64,000 nt of DNA from an uncultured delta proteobacterium (GCA_963827685.1 CAWHBU010000003.1:64001-128000), one strand, 5' to 3'; positions 49,328-59,813 are shown, counted from the first letter of the stretch. Notes: a model not told the origin generated them from the sequence alone. Numbers and translations are program-made.

Positions 49328-49524
49328 TTCTTTTGAAATTCTCCCAGATGTGTTGTATTGAAAAGGCAGTTAGGTGTGCTTCCAACCTTTTACCAAGCGA
49401 TTCTTTATTATATTTTATGGGCGACATGCGATGTCACTCGAAGTGACCTTTGAAATGTGTCTGGAAATCTACTTTGAGACAGCAATTTAAAATAAATGTT
49501 CAGCAGAACAAAGACGATAGGTAG

Positions 49525-51489
49525 ATGGAAGTTAAAATGAAAAACACAACGAGTAAAGTGGTGGTAGTCTCTCTTGTCGTAGTGGTCGTAGCCGTCACGC
49601 TCTTTTTTCTCTACAAGAGACAAGCTGGGCGTGAGAAGGTATCGCGTTTTAGCAAATATCAGGGCTACTCAGAAGCGGTTTACGACGGCAACCAGCGCCG
49701 TTCTGAATACCTGACGCTATCCAATGGAACCCGATTGGCCTATGACCTTTTTCTCCCGACAAAGAAGGGGGTCTCGGCCGACAAACCATTGCCCGTGCTC
49801 TTCAAGTACACGCCTTATACGCGCGCCTTTACCATTTTTGACAAAGCTGGCAACAACATTATCGCTGGCCTGTTTAACCTCGGTTGGAAAGAAAAAGCCT
49901 ATCTCCAGGTCCGCTACTGGTTTGGCAAGCGGGGAAACCTCATGGACGCGGTCTTCAGAACCAAATATCTCGAAAACATGCTCAAACATGGCTACGCCGT
50001 CATCGTGGTCGAAAGGCCGGGGACTGGAGCATCCTTTGGAGTTATGAATGCGTCGTTCGAGGTGGGCGCCAAAGAGGTTAACGAAATCCTGAACTGGATT
50101 GCGGCCCAAAATTGGTGCGATGGCAACATCGGCATGTACGGCGACTCCTTTCAGGCAATGATCCAGTTTGCGGCGGTAACTACCGGCAATCCACATCTGA
50201 AAGCCATCTTTCCCACTTCAAGTGGTTTTGATCTGTTCAACTCCGTCAGCTACCCAGGCGGAGTCTTTAATAAAACCTTCGCTTCCTTTTTCTCCTGGTC
50301 CACCTCCTTTCTTGAATCAGTGTTGACGCCGGTGGATAGCGACAAGGATGGATCATTACTCGCCCAGGCCCGCAAAGAGCGCAGCGGCTCGACGCTTGCA
50401 AAGCAGTCGGAAGTTTGGTTTAGAAAATTCCCCTTCCGCGACAGTATCACTTCTGGCGGAATTAAAATCTGGGAGGGACCTGCTAATCTCTACCCTCTCC
50501 TTGACCGGATCAATCAATCGGGCATCCCGATCTACATGACGAACGGCTGGTATGACCTGTTCTCGGGCGCGAACGACATGTTCCTCTGGTATGCCAACCT
50601 TACCGTGCCAAAACGTCTGCTCGTCCGTCCCGCGGATCACAGCGAGGTGGAAAAAAAACAATTTGACCTCGACTTTGGTGCCGAAGCGCACCGCTGGTTC
50701 GACTACTGGCTGAAGGGGATCGACAATGGCATTATGAACGAACCGTCCATTTACTACTATGTTATGGGGGCGTCGAAGAAGGACGCCTGGCGGACAAGTA
50801 ATCAGTGGCCACTCGCAAACCAGAAACTGACCCGCTTCTACTTCGGCGAGGGAAAAACTGGCAGCGTCGCCTCAATCAACGACGGTTTCCTGCGCCCAGA
50901 AGCCTCAAGCCACGAGGATGCCGCCGATGCTTATACGGTGGACTATTCGACGACGAGCGGCAAGTACTCACGATGGTATGCTGTCAATTGGCCCCGTAAC
51001 TACCCCAACATGCAGACCAATGACCAAAAAGCTTTAACCTACACTACCCCGCCCCTGGAATCGGATATGGAAGTCACTGGCCATCCTATAGTGCACCTCT
51101 GGTTTGTCACCAATGCCTCAGACCTCGATTTTTTTGTCTACCTCGAAGAGGTGGATGGCAGCCGATCAACCTACCTCACCGAGGGCACCCTGCGGGCGTC
51201 GCACCGCGCTTTGAGCAAGGCCCCTTTCAACAATCTGGGACTGCCCTACCACCGCCATTACAAAAGCGACTTGGCGCCGATTGCAGCAGGCAAGCCGGTT
51301 GAGTTGGTGTTTGACCTTATGCCGACTTCGTACCTGTTCCGCGCAGGCAATCGCATCCGTATCACCGTCACCTGCGCCGATGCCGACAACTTTGAGACGC
51401 CTGCTCTCAACCCGGCGCCGAAGATCCGCCTGCTGCGGAACACCGCTCATGCCTCATTCGTCGAGTTCCCGATCATTCATGGTCGTTAG
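49525..51489 (+). CDS. CocE/NonD-family hydrolase
   Basis: YTPY, RPGTGASFG, WCDGNIGMYGDSF, GWYD, RWFDYWLKG, PepX-C-like tail; N-terminal anchor. Confidence 0.9.
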   Translation: MEVKMKNTTSKVVVVSLVVVVVAVTLFFLYKRQAGREKVSRFSKYQGYSEAVYDGNQRRSEYLTLSNGTRLAYDLFLPTKKGVSADKPLPVLFKYTPYTRAFTIFDKAGNNIIAGLFNLGWKEKAYLQVRYWFGKRGNLMDAVFRTKYLENMLKHGYAVIVVERPGTGASFGVMNASFEVGAKEVNEILNWIAAQNWCDGNIGMYGDSFQAMIQFAAVTTGNPHLKAIFPTSSGFDLFNSVSYPGGVFNKTFASFFSWSTSFLESVLTPVDSDKDGSLLAQARKERSGSTLAKQSEVWFRKFPFRDSITSGGIKIWEGPANLYPLLDRINQSGIPIYMTNGWYDLFSGANDMFLWYANLTVPKRLLVRPADHSEVEKKQFDLDFGAEAHRWFDYWLKGIDNGIMNEPSIYYYVMGASKKDAWRTSNQWPLANQKLTRFYFGEGKTGSVASINDGFLRPEASSHEDAADAYTVDYSTTSGKYSRWYAVNWPRNYPNMQTNDQKALTYTTPPLESDMEVTGHPIVHLWFVTNASDLDFFVYLEEVDGSRSTYLTEGTLRASHRALSKAPFNNLGLPYHRHYKSDLAPIAAGKPVELVFDLMPTSYLFRAGNRIRITVTCADADNFETPALNPAPKIRLLRNTAHASFVEFPIIHGR

Positions 51490-51630
51490 GTAACCCTGCA
51501 TGATGTCAATTTTACGGCAGAGGCAGGGATGCAGGGGACATAGTTAAATTCTTTGAAGAACTTACCCAAACCGGCAAATGACTTAACCATAGCTCATGTC
51601 CAATACATATCTTCTTGGGGAGGAGACAGT

Positions 51631-52407
51631 ATGAAACTCAAAGACCAAACTGCGCTCATTACCGGCTCAAGCCGGGGCATCGGCGAAGCTATCGCCCGCG
51701 CTTTTGCAGCAGAAGGCGCGCGGGTCGCTATCACGGGACGCTCGACGCATGAACTGGAAGCATTGCAAAAGGAGTTTAGCCGCTTGGGCGTGCGATGCGA
51801 GAGCATCGTCGCCGATCTCACACAGAGGGACGCCGTCGAGCGAGTGTGGACGCAAGTAACGCAAGCGTTCGGACACGTTGACATCCTGGTCAACAACGCG
51901 GGCATGGGCAGCGGTCCGAACTTCAACCCCGTCGTAGATTACGACGACGACCTTTGGCAGACGATGCTACACGTCAACCTCACTGTACCCTATCTGTTCT
52001 CGAAGAAGGCGCTACCCTCAATGATCGAGCGCAAATATGGACGCATCATTATGACCGCTTCTGTCAACAGCAAGAAGGGGTTGCTGTACGGCGTGGCGTA
52101 TGCGGCGAGCAAACATGGCCTCTTGGGGCTGATGCGGACGTTGGCGATGGAGACGGCGAAGCAGGGCATCACCGTCAACGCCATTTGCCCCGGGCCTGTA
52201 CGCACACGCATGAATAATTTGCGCGTGGAGTATGACGCGAAGCGTCTCGGCAAATCGGTGGCGGAATATGAGGCGAGCTTGACCGCGATTGGTCGCCGTC
52301 TTGATGCACACGAGATTGCGCCGCTCGTCGTGTATCTCGCCAGCCGCGAAGCTTCCGTCGTCACGGGACAGGCATTCAATATTGATGGCGGGTTATTGAT
52401 GGTATGA
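51631..52407 (+). CDS. SDR-family oxidoreductase
   Basis: TGSSRGIG, NNAG, YAASKHG, IDGG; RBS ggagg. Confidence 0.92.
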   Translation: MKLKDQTALITGSSRGIGEAIARAFAAEGARVAITGRSTHELEALQKEFSRLGVRCESIVADLTQRDAVERVWTQVTQAFGHVDILVNNAGMGSGPNFNPVVDYDDDLWQTMLHVNLTVPYLFSKKALPSMIERKYGRIIMTASVNSKKGLLYGVAYAASKHGLLGLMRTLAMETAKQGITVNAICPGPVRTRMNNLRVEYDAKRLGKSVAEYEASLTAIGRRLDAHEIAPLVVYLASREASVVTGQAFNIDGGLLMV

Positions 52408-52807
52408 CGGCATTTTGTGATATCGCACACAGCACCATTACCGAATCGGGTAAGTGCGATGGCTTCAATATGACAAAAGATAGGAGGTTACAGGAAGGGA
52501 TAAAAAGAAATTGACATCGGGCTTGTGCATAAAGGTTTATTTCAATGTAGCAATATAAAAACAATTCTCCGGTTAAACCAATGGAAGCCATCTCGGTCGA
52601 GATACTTCTTATCTCTGCTATAATTTTTATGCCAGTATCCCTTGCCCTAACCATTCTTTATGGCAAAAGGTTGAGGGAATGGGAATAGGGTCTGGTTGGA
52701 TCTTTTGCGGTCAATGTCCTCTTATATGACATACTTAAAATAGTTTTTCCTATATCATTTGCGACGCTCTATCTGATTCGACAAAGGCATATGAGAATGG
52801 ACATCCG

Positions 52808-53791
52808 ATGTTGAAACCAAGGCCAATATCCCTATCAGCGTGTTCCCTGGTTGCCCTATTCTTCTTAATCCTCTGCCGGCCGATGACTTCCATTGCAGCA
52901 GGAGGGATTAACGATCATACCGGTTCAATTGTGGTTGCTGGATTGCAACGCACATACCTCGTTCATATTCCGCCTTCCCATGATAAAATGACACCCGTAC
53001 CGCTTGTCATCGCGTTACATGGAGGCAAAGGGACGGGTGAACATATGAAGAAACATACCCTCGGCGGCTTCAATAAACTATCGGACAAAGAAGGTTTCAT
53101 TATTGTCTATCCGAATGGAATGGATAAACAATGGAATGACGGCAGGAGTAAAGAAGAAACAAAATCTCGTGCACATAAGGAAAACATAGATGATACCGGC
53201 TTCATCTCGGCCTTAATCGACACCTTTATAAAAGAATACAATGTAAACCCCAAATCTGTTTATGTGACCGGAATTTCAAACGGAGCGATCATGTCTTATC
53301 GTCTCGCTTGCGAGCTAAGCGATAAAATAGCCGCCATCGCTCCGGTGGATGGAAATCTTGCGCAGAATTTTTTACCAAAGTGTTTACCCTCAAAACCAAT
53401 TTCAGTCTTAGCCATTAATAATGTTAACGACCCTTTGATGCCCTGGAAAGGTGGAGATATTACAGGGCCCTTTGGTGTGAAAAAACTTGGCAAGGTTTTA
53501 TCGGTTGCTCAAACCATTGAATATTGGGTAAAGCACAATGGATGCACTCTCTCTCCGATCATAATAGAAGAGCCGGATAGAGATCCCAAGGACGGCACAA
53601 GGGTTCGGCGGGAAGAATACAGCGGAGGGAAAGACAATACGGAAGTGATTCTTTATGCAATCGAGGGCGGCGGACATACCTGGCCGGGCGGTTATCAATA
53701 CTTACCGGCGAGCATTATCGGCAAGACGAGTAAAGATATAGATGCCAATGAGGTTATCTGGAACTTCTTTAAAAAACACTCAAGAAACTGA
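52808..53791 (+). CDS. PHB-depolymerase/LpqC-like esterase
   Basis: PLVIALHGG, VYPNG, WNDG, DDTGF, GISNGA, GGGHTWPG; signal peptide. Confidence 0.9.
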   Translation: MLKPRPISLSACSLVALFFLILCRPMTSIAAGGINDHTGSIVVAGLQRTYLVHIPPSHDKMTPVPLVIALHGGKGTGEHMKKHTLGGFNKLSDKEGFIIVYPNGMDKQWNDGRSKEETKSRAHKENIDDTGFISALIDTFIKEYNVNPKSVYVTGISNGAIMSYRLACELSDKIAAIAPVDGNLAQNFLPKCLPSKPISVLAINNVNDPLMPWKGGDITGPFGVKKLGKVLSVAQTIEYWVKHNGCTLSPIIIEEPDRDPKDGTRVRREEYSGGKDNTEVILYAIEGGGHTWPGGYQYLPASIIGKTSKDIDANEVIWNFFKKHSRN

Positions 53792-53826
53792 TTAATCTCG
53801 CAAAAAGGAGAACTTGTTAATTTTTG

Positions 53827-55449
53827 ACGGGCTGTTGCCCAAATGATACTTGCAACGATTATACATTCGAGCTATAAGCATGGCAGCACAAATCTGGAAT
53901 GGAGATATTGCCATGATGGGACAACAGACAGGAATTCAGCCGAAGATCTTCTATCATCATATGAACCTGGAACAAAGGATTCCCCGGACACACCTTCTGA
54001 GAAGGATTCAAGAGCAGATTGACTTTAACTTCATCTATGCAGAGGTCAGAGACACCTATGGGGGCAACGGGAATGTGTCCATTCCCCCTCCTGTAATCCT
54101 GAAGATGATGTTGCTGTTAGTTCTTTACAATGTTCGATCGGAACGAGAGTTAATGGAAACGATCCCCATGCGTTTAGACTGGCTATGGTTTTTAGGGTAC
54201 GACATAGACAGTGAGGTGCCGGATCACAGTGTTTTGAGTAAAGCCAGGGCGCGGTGGGGAGTGGAAGCGTTTAGGGGGTTCTTTGAGCGAATGGTGTGGC
54301 AATGTGTGGAGGCGGGGTTAGTGGACGGCAGAAAGATCTTTGTGGATTCGAGCCTGGTGGATGCGGATGCATCGAACAACTCCGTGATCGACACGCGATC
54401 GTTGAAGGTTCAACTCCAGGAGGGCTACAAGAAGCTGGAAGCACGATTAGAGGAAAAGAGCGAGAGCACGGATTCCTCCAGGAGATACGTTAAAGAGAAC
54501 AGCCGATACATTTCAACGACCGATCCGGATGCATCGATAGTGAATCGTGGCAAGCCCAAACTCTCCTATCAGGTACATCGGGCCGTGGATGAGCGGAGTG
54601 AAGTGATCACGGCGATCGAGACGACAACAGGAGATGTCAATGAAGCGCATGAGATGATTCCTCTGATAGAGAGCCACCGTTTAAATACAGGGATCAATGC
54701 GGATACGGTGGTGGCCGACAGCAAATACGGGACGATCGAGAACTTTTTGGCCTGTCATGATAGAGGAGTAGAGGCCCACATGCCGGACTTGAGGGAAATT
54801 TCATTGAAGCGTACAGAAAAGCAGAATATCTTTGGGGAAGAGCGGTTTGAGTATGATCGGGAGAGTGACACCTATCGTTGTCCGGCTGGGCATCGGTTGA
54901 AGCCTAGATCATTACATATGAGTCGGCAAAGTAGAGATTACGCTGCACCCAAGAAGATTTGTGCAGCATGTGACTTAAGAGAGCAGTGTACTAGAAACAG
55001 ATCAGGTCGGACAATTAAGCGACATCTGAGGCAGGAAGATCTAGACAGGATGCGAGAAGCGAGTCGATCGGCCAAAGCGAAGCGGGATATCAAAGTGAGG
55101 CAGCATTTGATGGAGCGTTCCTATGCCAGAGGGACGCGGTATGGATATGACCGGGCACGATGGAGAGGGCTTTGGCGGGTGCAGATACAGGAATACCTGA
55201 TCTCTGCTGTCCAGAACATTGAGGTTTTGCTTAGGTACGGATCTTACCTAAAGAGAAGTCCATCGGTGATGATGGAGCAGATCAAAGGGGCTGTGACAAG
55301 GGAGATAAGGTCCTTTTCAGATTTTAAGGAGCTAATGAACTCAAAAATTGGCCGAATGGTGCTATTTGGTTTTACTTACCCTCGGCTATCATTCATGGAA
55401 ACTCAAACTGTCAGATATTTTTGAATTGGGCTTTTGAGCAACAGCCCGT
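53827..55449 (+). mobile_element. IS1182-family element, copy 2 (1623 bp)
   Basis: Same IRs, length and orientation as 31223-32845. Confidence 0.92.
53913..55424 (+). CDS. IS1182-family DDE transposase
   Basis: Near-identical to the transposase at 31309. Confidence 0.9.
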   Translation: MMGQQTGIQPKIFYHHMNLEQRIPRTHLLRRIQEQIDFNFIYAEVRDTYGGNGNVSIPPPVILKMMLLLVLYNVRSERELMETIPMRLDWLWFLGYDIDSEVPDHSVLSKARARWGVEAFRGFFERMVWQCVEAGLVDGRKIFVDSSLVDADASNNSVIDTRSLKVQLQEGYKKLEARLEEKSESTDSSRRYVKENSRYISTTDPDASIVNRGKPKLSYQVHRAVDERSEVITAIETTTGDVNEAHEMIPLIESHRLNTGINADTVVADSKYGTIENFLACHDRGVEAHMPDLREISLKRTEKQNIFGEERFEYDRESDTYRCPAGHRLKPRSLHMSRQSRDYAAPKKICAACDLREQCTRNRSGRTIKRHLRQEDLDRMREASRSAKAKRDIKVRQHLMERSYARGTRYGYDRARWRGLWRVQIQEYLISAVQNIEVLLRYGSYLKRSPSVMMEQIKGAVTREIRSFSDFKELMNSKIGRMVLFGFTYPRLSFMETQTVRYF

Positions 55450-55832
55450 TGAGACCTGACCTTTATGATGAACCAGGAAGTGCCCGAACACGGGGAGACA
55501 CTGAAAAAAACAGAGAAATTCATGACATTTGAAGATTTGACCCTATTGCACCACTTCCGAAGTTATGCTCTCTCTCATCGGTGATCATCAATCATTAGCC
55601 TTGAGTAATCTCCAAACTTTGTGAAAGAGGTAGCCCCCTTTTTTGACTCTTTCTTCCTGAAGTCTGCAACAGGACATCATAGCGAAACATGCTCGATTTC
55701 AATCCGTTATCATCGATGCTCTTTTCTCTTCCCCTACCGCTGGAGCAAGAAATAGTGCAAATAATGCTTGACAAAATTTTCCATGGTGGTATAGGGAATC
55801 GTATACCAAATTGAAATGAGAGGAGGACGAAC

Positions 55833-56729
55833 ATGAAACGCATTTTAATCCTAGTTCTTGCAGGTTTGTTCTTGATGAGCACGGGGGCACTGGCCGCTCC
55901 CGACAGCAAAGTGATCGGCGATGCCCGTTCGATCGATACCAAGTACGCAGGCCCCTTTAACGTGAATCTTGAGAAGTGGTTTGCGGACCATCCCGTGGAA
56001 CCCGGGAAGATGCTTAGGCTGGAAACGATATTTCAGACACCCCGGGTCACGGTAGTTTCGCTAGCGGCGTCTCAACTTATCGATCTCCATTACCATAGGT
56101 TCGCTGATGAGCTTATGGTTGTGATTAAAGGCCAGTGCGAAGAGTATGTTGACGGCAAATGGGTTTTGATGAATCCCGGTGATGTGCACTACAATCCACG
56201 GGGAGTAATCCACACTGGCCGGATTGTGGGCGACAAGCAATTCCAGGCCCTTACTATCTTCACTCCATCTCCACCTCCCAATGACCGGGTGTTCCTCAAC
56301 AGCGAAATAACCACCGCCAAGGTTGGTGCTGTTGTGGGCGACTGGTCATTGCTGGATACTCAGTATAAGAAAGGTGCCATCTTTAACCTGGATGCGTGGT
56401 ACGCCGCTCATCCAATTGAGGCTGGCAAAAACATGCGGATCGACGCGGCTATGGGAACGCTGCGCAGCCAACTAATGATCGCGCAGAGGCCCAGCCTCCC
56501 AGTTCATTATCATGGTTCGGCAGACGAAATTATTTACATCTATAAAGGTGTAGGCGAACTGTATATCAATGGAGAATGGGTAAAAGTATATCCTGGCGAG
56601 ATTCACTTCTGTTCGCGAGGATATATCCACGGCATTCATCCGGCGGGTGATGGCGAGTTCAAGATTTTTGCTGTTTTCGCTCCGCCGCAAGCGAACGGCA
56701 GCGACAGGATATTCGTAGATTTAAAGTAA
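55833..56729 (+). CDS. Exported bicupin protein
   Basis: Signal peptide; two cupin motifs (HYH...DE...G; PG..H...RG.IH). Confidence 0.85.
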   Translation: MKRILILVLAGLFLMSTGALAAPDSKVIGDARSIDTKYAGPFNVNLEKWFADHPVEPGKMLRLETIFQTPRVTVVSLAASQLIDLHYHRFADELMVVIKGQCEEYVDGKWVLMNPGDVHYNPRGVIHTGRIVGDKQFQALTIFTPSPPPNDRVFLNSEITTAKVGAVVGDWSLLDTQYKKGAIFNLDAWYAAHPIEAGKNMRIDAAMGTLRSQLMIAQRPSLPVHYHGSADEIIYIYKGVGELYINGEWVKVYPGEIHFCSRGYIHGIHPAGDGEFKIFAVFAPPQANGSDRIFVDLK

Positions 56730-56853
56730 GTAGATTTCTAATCGACCCGAAGGGCAGAGTTCCATGGGCGTGCCCTTCCTGTATGGGGTTAAGTCCTGTC
56801 GGGCTGCTTATCGATTAAATTTTAAAATCAAAAATCTCAATGATGCTGACTTC

Positions 56854-56885
56854 AGGGCGGGGGTTCTTTCCCGCCCTTTTTATTT
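56854..56885 (+). terminator. Intrinsic terminator
   Basis: agggcggg-loop-cccgccct followed by a T-rich tract. Confidence 0.75.
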
Positions 56886-57229
56886 GTTTCTCCGGCCCTT
56901 TTGATTATGTACATTTCTACCAGTAATCGTTGACTTTTGGGGTTATCTAAGAATGCGCATTTGTAGGTACTCGTTAGGCTGAGGAGTCAATTCACAATCT
57001 CTTTCAGATTAAGTTTCGTTTAGGAAAATTTGAGGAAAACGAGCAGACCTTAAACTTAAGTCTCGTCCAGGACGTTTCATAATTGTCCAGTGTTACTACC
57101 TATCTACATAATGTATTAAGAAGCCCTCCAATGGCCGATTGCAAAGGAATCTCATTCCATCCCGAAGGATTTATCTGTAATAATACATTTCCCTGGTTTT
57201 CGCTCCTTAGATTATCGGCTCTGGCCGAA

Positions 57230-58129
57230 TCAACCACCCTGCTTCTCCCCGATCCTAAAATTGGCCAGTGTCTCAAGGGCCTGTACCATTGCGGCATGAT
57301 CCAGTTCAGCGCCGCCCGAAGCTGATACTGCATTGAAAAGTTCCTGGGCTGTTGCGGTATGGGGTAGACTTACCCCAAGCTCTCTGCCTGTCTGGAGGGC
57401 AAGGCGAAGGTCCTTCTGGTGCAGTCTTATTCGAAATCCTGGCTGAAAAGTTCGCTTGATCATCCGTTCCCCATGAACGTCGAGAATACGGCTTTGCGCG
57501 AAACCACCCAATAGCGCCTCCCTCACTTTCACGACATCTGCGCCGGCTTTTGACGCTAGAAGAAGCGCCTCCCCCACAGCCTCAATGGTGAGGGCGACGA
57601 CAATTTGATTGGCTACCTTGCAAATCTGTCCATCGCCGTTACCGCCTATGTAAACGATATTCTTACCCATCTTTTCAAATAGCGGCTTGATCCGGTCGAA
57701 GACCTCTGCCTTTCCGCCTACCATGATCGACAGCGTCGCATTCTGTGCACCGATCTGACCACCGGATACTGGCGCATCGAGCATCTCTATACCTTGGTTT
57801 CTCAGTCGTTCGGCAAATCTCCGCGTTTCTATGGGAGAGATAGAACTCATATCAACAACCGTTGATCCGGACTTGATGCCTTTGGAGACCCCATCCGTAC
57901 CAAACAATACTTCTTCTACATCCGGGGTGTCGGGAAGCATCAAGAAAACAATTTCAGATCGCTCTGCCACTTCCTTCGGGTTTTTGCATGGAATGGCACC
58001 CAACGCCGCAAGCTCTGCTACGGACGCATAAGTCCTGCTATGCACATAGAGGGCATCCCCCGCTTTTGCCAAGTGACCCGCCATCGGTTTTCCCATTATT
58101 CCCAGACCGATAAATCCGATCCTTAACAT
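57230..58129 (-). CDS. glxR: 2-hydroxy-3-oxopropionate (tartronate semialdehyde) reductase, GarR/GlxR
   Basis: GFIGLGIMGKPMA, DMSSISP, LDAPVSGG, CKVANQ, GGFAQSRIL, HQKDL; adjacent to hyi. Confidence 0.88.
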   Translation of the reverse strand: MLRIGFIGLGIMGKPMAGHLAKAGDALYVHSRTYASVAELAALGAIPCKNPKEVAERSEIVFLMLPDTPDVEEVLFGTDGVSKGIKSGSTVVDMSSISPIETRRFAERLRNQGIEMLDAPVSGGQIGAQNATLSIMVGGKAEVFDRIKPLFEKMGKNIVYIGGNGDGQICKVANQIVVALTIEAVGEALLLASKAGADVVKVREALLGGFAQSRILDVHGERMIKRTFQPGFRIRLHQKDLRLALQTGRELGVSLPHTATAQELFNAVSASGGAELDHAAMVQALETLANFRIGEKQGG

Positions 58130-58145
58130 GGTCTCATCCTCCTTT

Positions 58146-58248
58146 ACCCCGTTAGAAAGCCTCTGCATTTATGCCGGGGATGGTAGAAACAGAAAGCACC
58201 AGCTCGTTATTTAGGACGGGGTCAAAGCCCCGCCCTTTCTAACGGGGT
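58146..58248. mobile_element. MITE-like element with perfect 14-bp TIRs
   Basis: accccgttagaaag ... ctttctaacggggt fills the hyi-glxR spacer. Confidence 0.65.
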
Positions 58249-59022
58249 TCACAGATACGGCTTAATCCATTCCAGCCCTTCTTCTGTCGTTTTGAGCGGT
58301 TTGTATTCACAGCCGATGAATCCGTCGTAGCCCGCCTCATGAATGAAACGAAAGAGATTTTGAAAGTTAATCTCCCCTGTCCCCGGCTCGTGCCGTCCCG
58401 GATTATCAGCTATCTGGATATGGGCTATTTTATCAATATTATTCTTCATCGTTTCGGTAAGGTTACCTTCCATGACCTGCATATGGTAGATGTCGTATTG
58501 ATAGAATAGGTTGGGGTGATCCACCTCTTTTATCAAAGACAGGGCTTGCCCTGTGGAGGAAAGATAAAAACCCGGAATATCCCTCGTGTTAATTGACTCA
58601 ACCAGAAGACGGATGTTTTCCTGAGCCAGCATTTTAGAGGCGAACCGTAGGTTATTTACCAATGTTTCTCGTATCCGGTTTTCAGGTAGGTCTGGGGTTA
58701 ATCCTACAAGGCAGTTGACCCGCGCGCACTTCAACGCCTTGGCATATTCAATGGCATGTCCCACGCCTTCCTGAAATTCCCCTATTCTGCCGGGCAGTAA
58801 AGCGATGCCCCGTTCCCCTGCTTCCCATCTGCCAGCGGGGAGGTTAAAGAGAACCTGCGTGAGGCCGTATCGGTGCAGTTTGGCAGCCAACTGGCCAGCT
58901 TCATAGGCATAGGGGAACATATATTCGATCGCGGTGAATCCGGCTCCTGCTGCCCGCTCGAAACGGTCCAGAAAATCAACTTCTGTAAAAAGCATGGTGA
59001 GGCTTGCACTGAATTTGAGCAC
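58249..59022 (-). CDS. hyi: Hydroxypyruvate isomerase
   Basis: MLFTE, FPY, LFNLPAG, YDIYHMQ, HIQIADNPGRHEPGTGEIN, GCEY; GTG start with RBS aaggag. Confidence 0.92.
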   Translation of the reverse strand: MLKFSASLTMLFTEVDFLDRFERAAGAGFTAIEYMFPYAYEAGQLAAKLHRYGLTQVLFNLPAGRWEAGERGIALLPGRIGEFQEGVGHAIEYAKALKCARVNCLVGLTPDLPENRIRETLVNNLRFASKMLAQENIRLLVESINTRDIPGFYLSSTGQALSLIKEVDHPNLFYQYDIYHMQVMEGNLTETMKNNIDKIAHIQIADNPGRHEPGTGEINFQNLFRFIHEAGYDGFIGCEYKPLKTTEEGLEWIKPYL

Positions 59023-59065
59023 CTTTTTCTCCTTTGGACCGAGTAAAAAGCCGTGGAAAAAAAGC

Positions 59066-59107
59066 TTGACACTTAGAATGATTATATCATATAAGCTAAT
59101 ATCATAT
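59066..59107. promoter_or_regulatory. Divergent promoter/operator region
   Basis: TTGACA at 59066; palindrome atgat-tat-atcat; atatcatat direct repeats at 59084 and 59099. Confidence 0.45.
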
Positions 59108-59813
59108 GAAGACAATAAGATCAAGCGATGTGGTGATTAAGTTTCTATTAGACTTAATCATGAAGGGCGAACTGAAACCCGGCGACAAATTGCCCTCTAC
59201 TGAGAATCTCGCCAAGAAGATCGGTACGAGCGTGATCTCCGCGAGAGAAGCTGTTCAGAATCTGTCGGCCGTCGGTCTCGTTGAGATCAGTCACGGCAGG
59301 GGCATCTTTATGACGGAAGGGACCCCGGTCATCGAAGAGCTACTCGAGGCGCGGAAGATCATCGAATCTCACAATGCCATGATGGCAGCAGAGAATATAG
59401 ATCCAGGCGGTCTAAAAAATATTGAGGATCTATTGGCGGAGATGGATAAAGACATAGAAAGGGGGGATATTGATTCCTTCAGCGAACTGGACTATGAGTT
59501 TCATCTCTCCATAGGGAAGGCGGCTGGCAACCGTATTTTGCTCAAGGTCCTGGAGAACATCAAAGATCTTCTTCGCTATCAGCAGTCGACAATCAACAGT
59601 CTTCCCAATATCATCCGGAGTTCATCCGTACGCCACAGAGAGATTCTCGACGCCATCAGAACGGGAGATCCGAATCTGGCAGCACAGGTTATGACCAAAC
59701 ATATCACGGAAGTGATCAAGTCTTGGAAGAAGCATGTGAATCCCATCCGGGAAAGGAAAGGGAAGTTTAGGAGCGGGATATACAAAAATCCAATACATAG
59801 GAGGTTAAGATGA
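59106..59813 (+). CDS. FadR/GntR-family transcriptional regulator
   Basis: GELKPGDKLPS..LA...S..REA..L...G; FCD domain (D.EFH, GN, H..I). Confidence 0.92.
   Translation: MKTIRSSDVVIKFLLDLIMKGELKPGDKLPSTENLAKKIGTSVISAREAVQNLSAVGLVEISHGRGIFMTEGTPVIEELLEARKIIESHNAMMAAENIDPGGLKNIEDLLAEMDKDIERGDIDSFSELDYEFHLSIGKAAGNRILLKVLENIKDLLRYQQSTINSLPNIIRSSSVRHREILDAIRTGDPNLAAQVMTKHITEVIKSWKKHVNPIRERKGKFRSGIYKNPIHRRLR

Noticed and set aside
52686-52688. In-frame TAG as pyrrolysine
   Set aside because: No methyltransferase context or pyl evidence; a nonsense mutation or chance is simpler.
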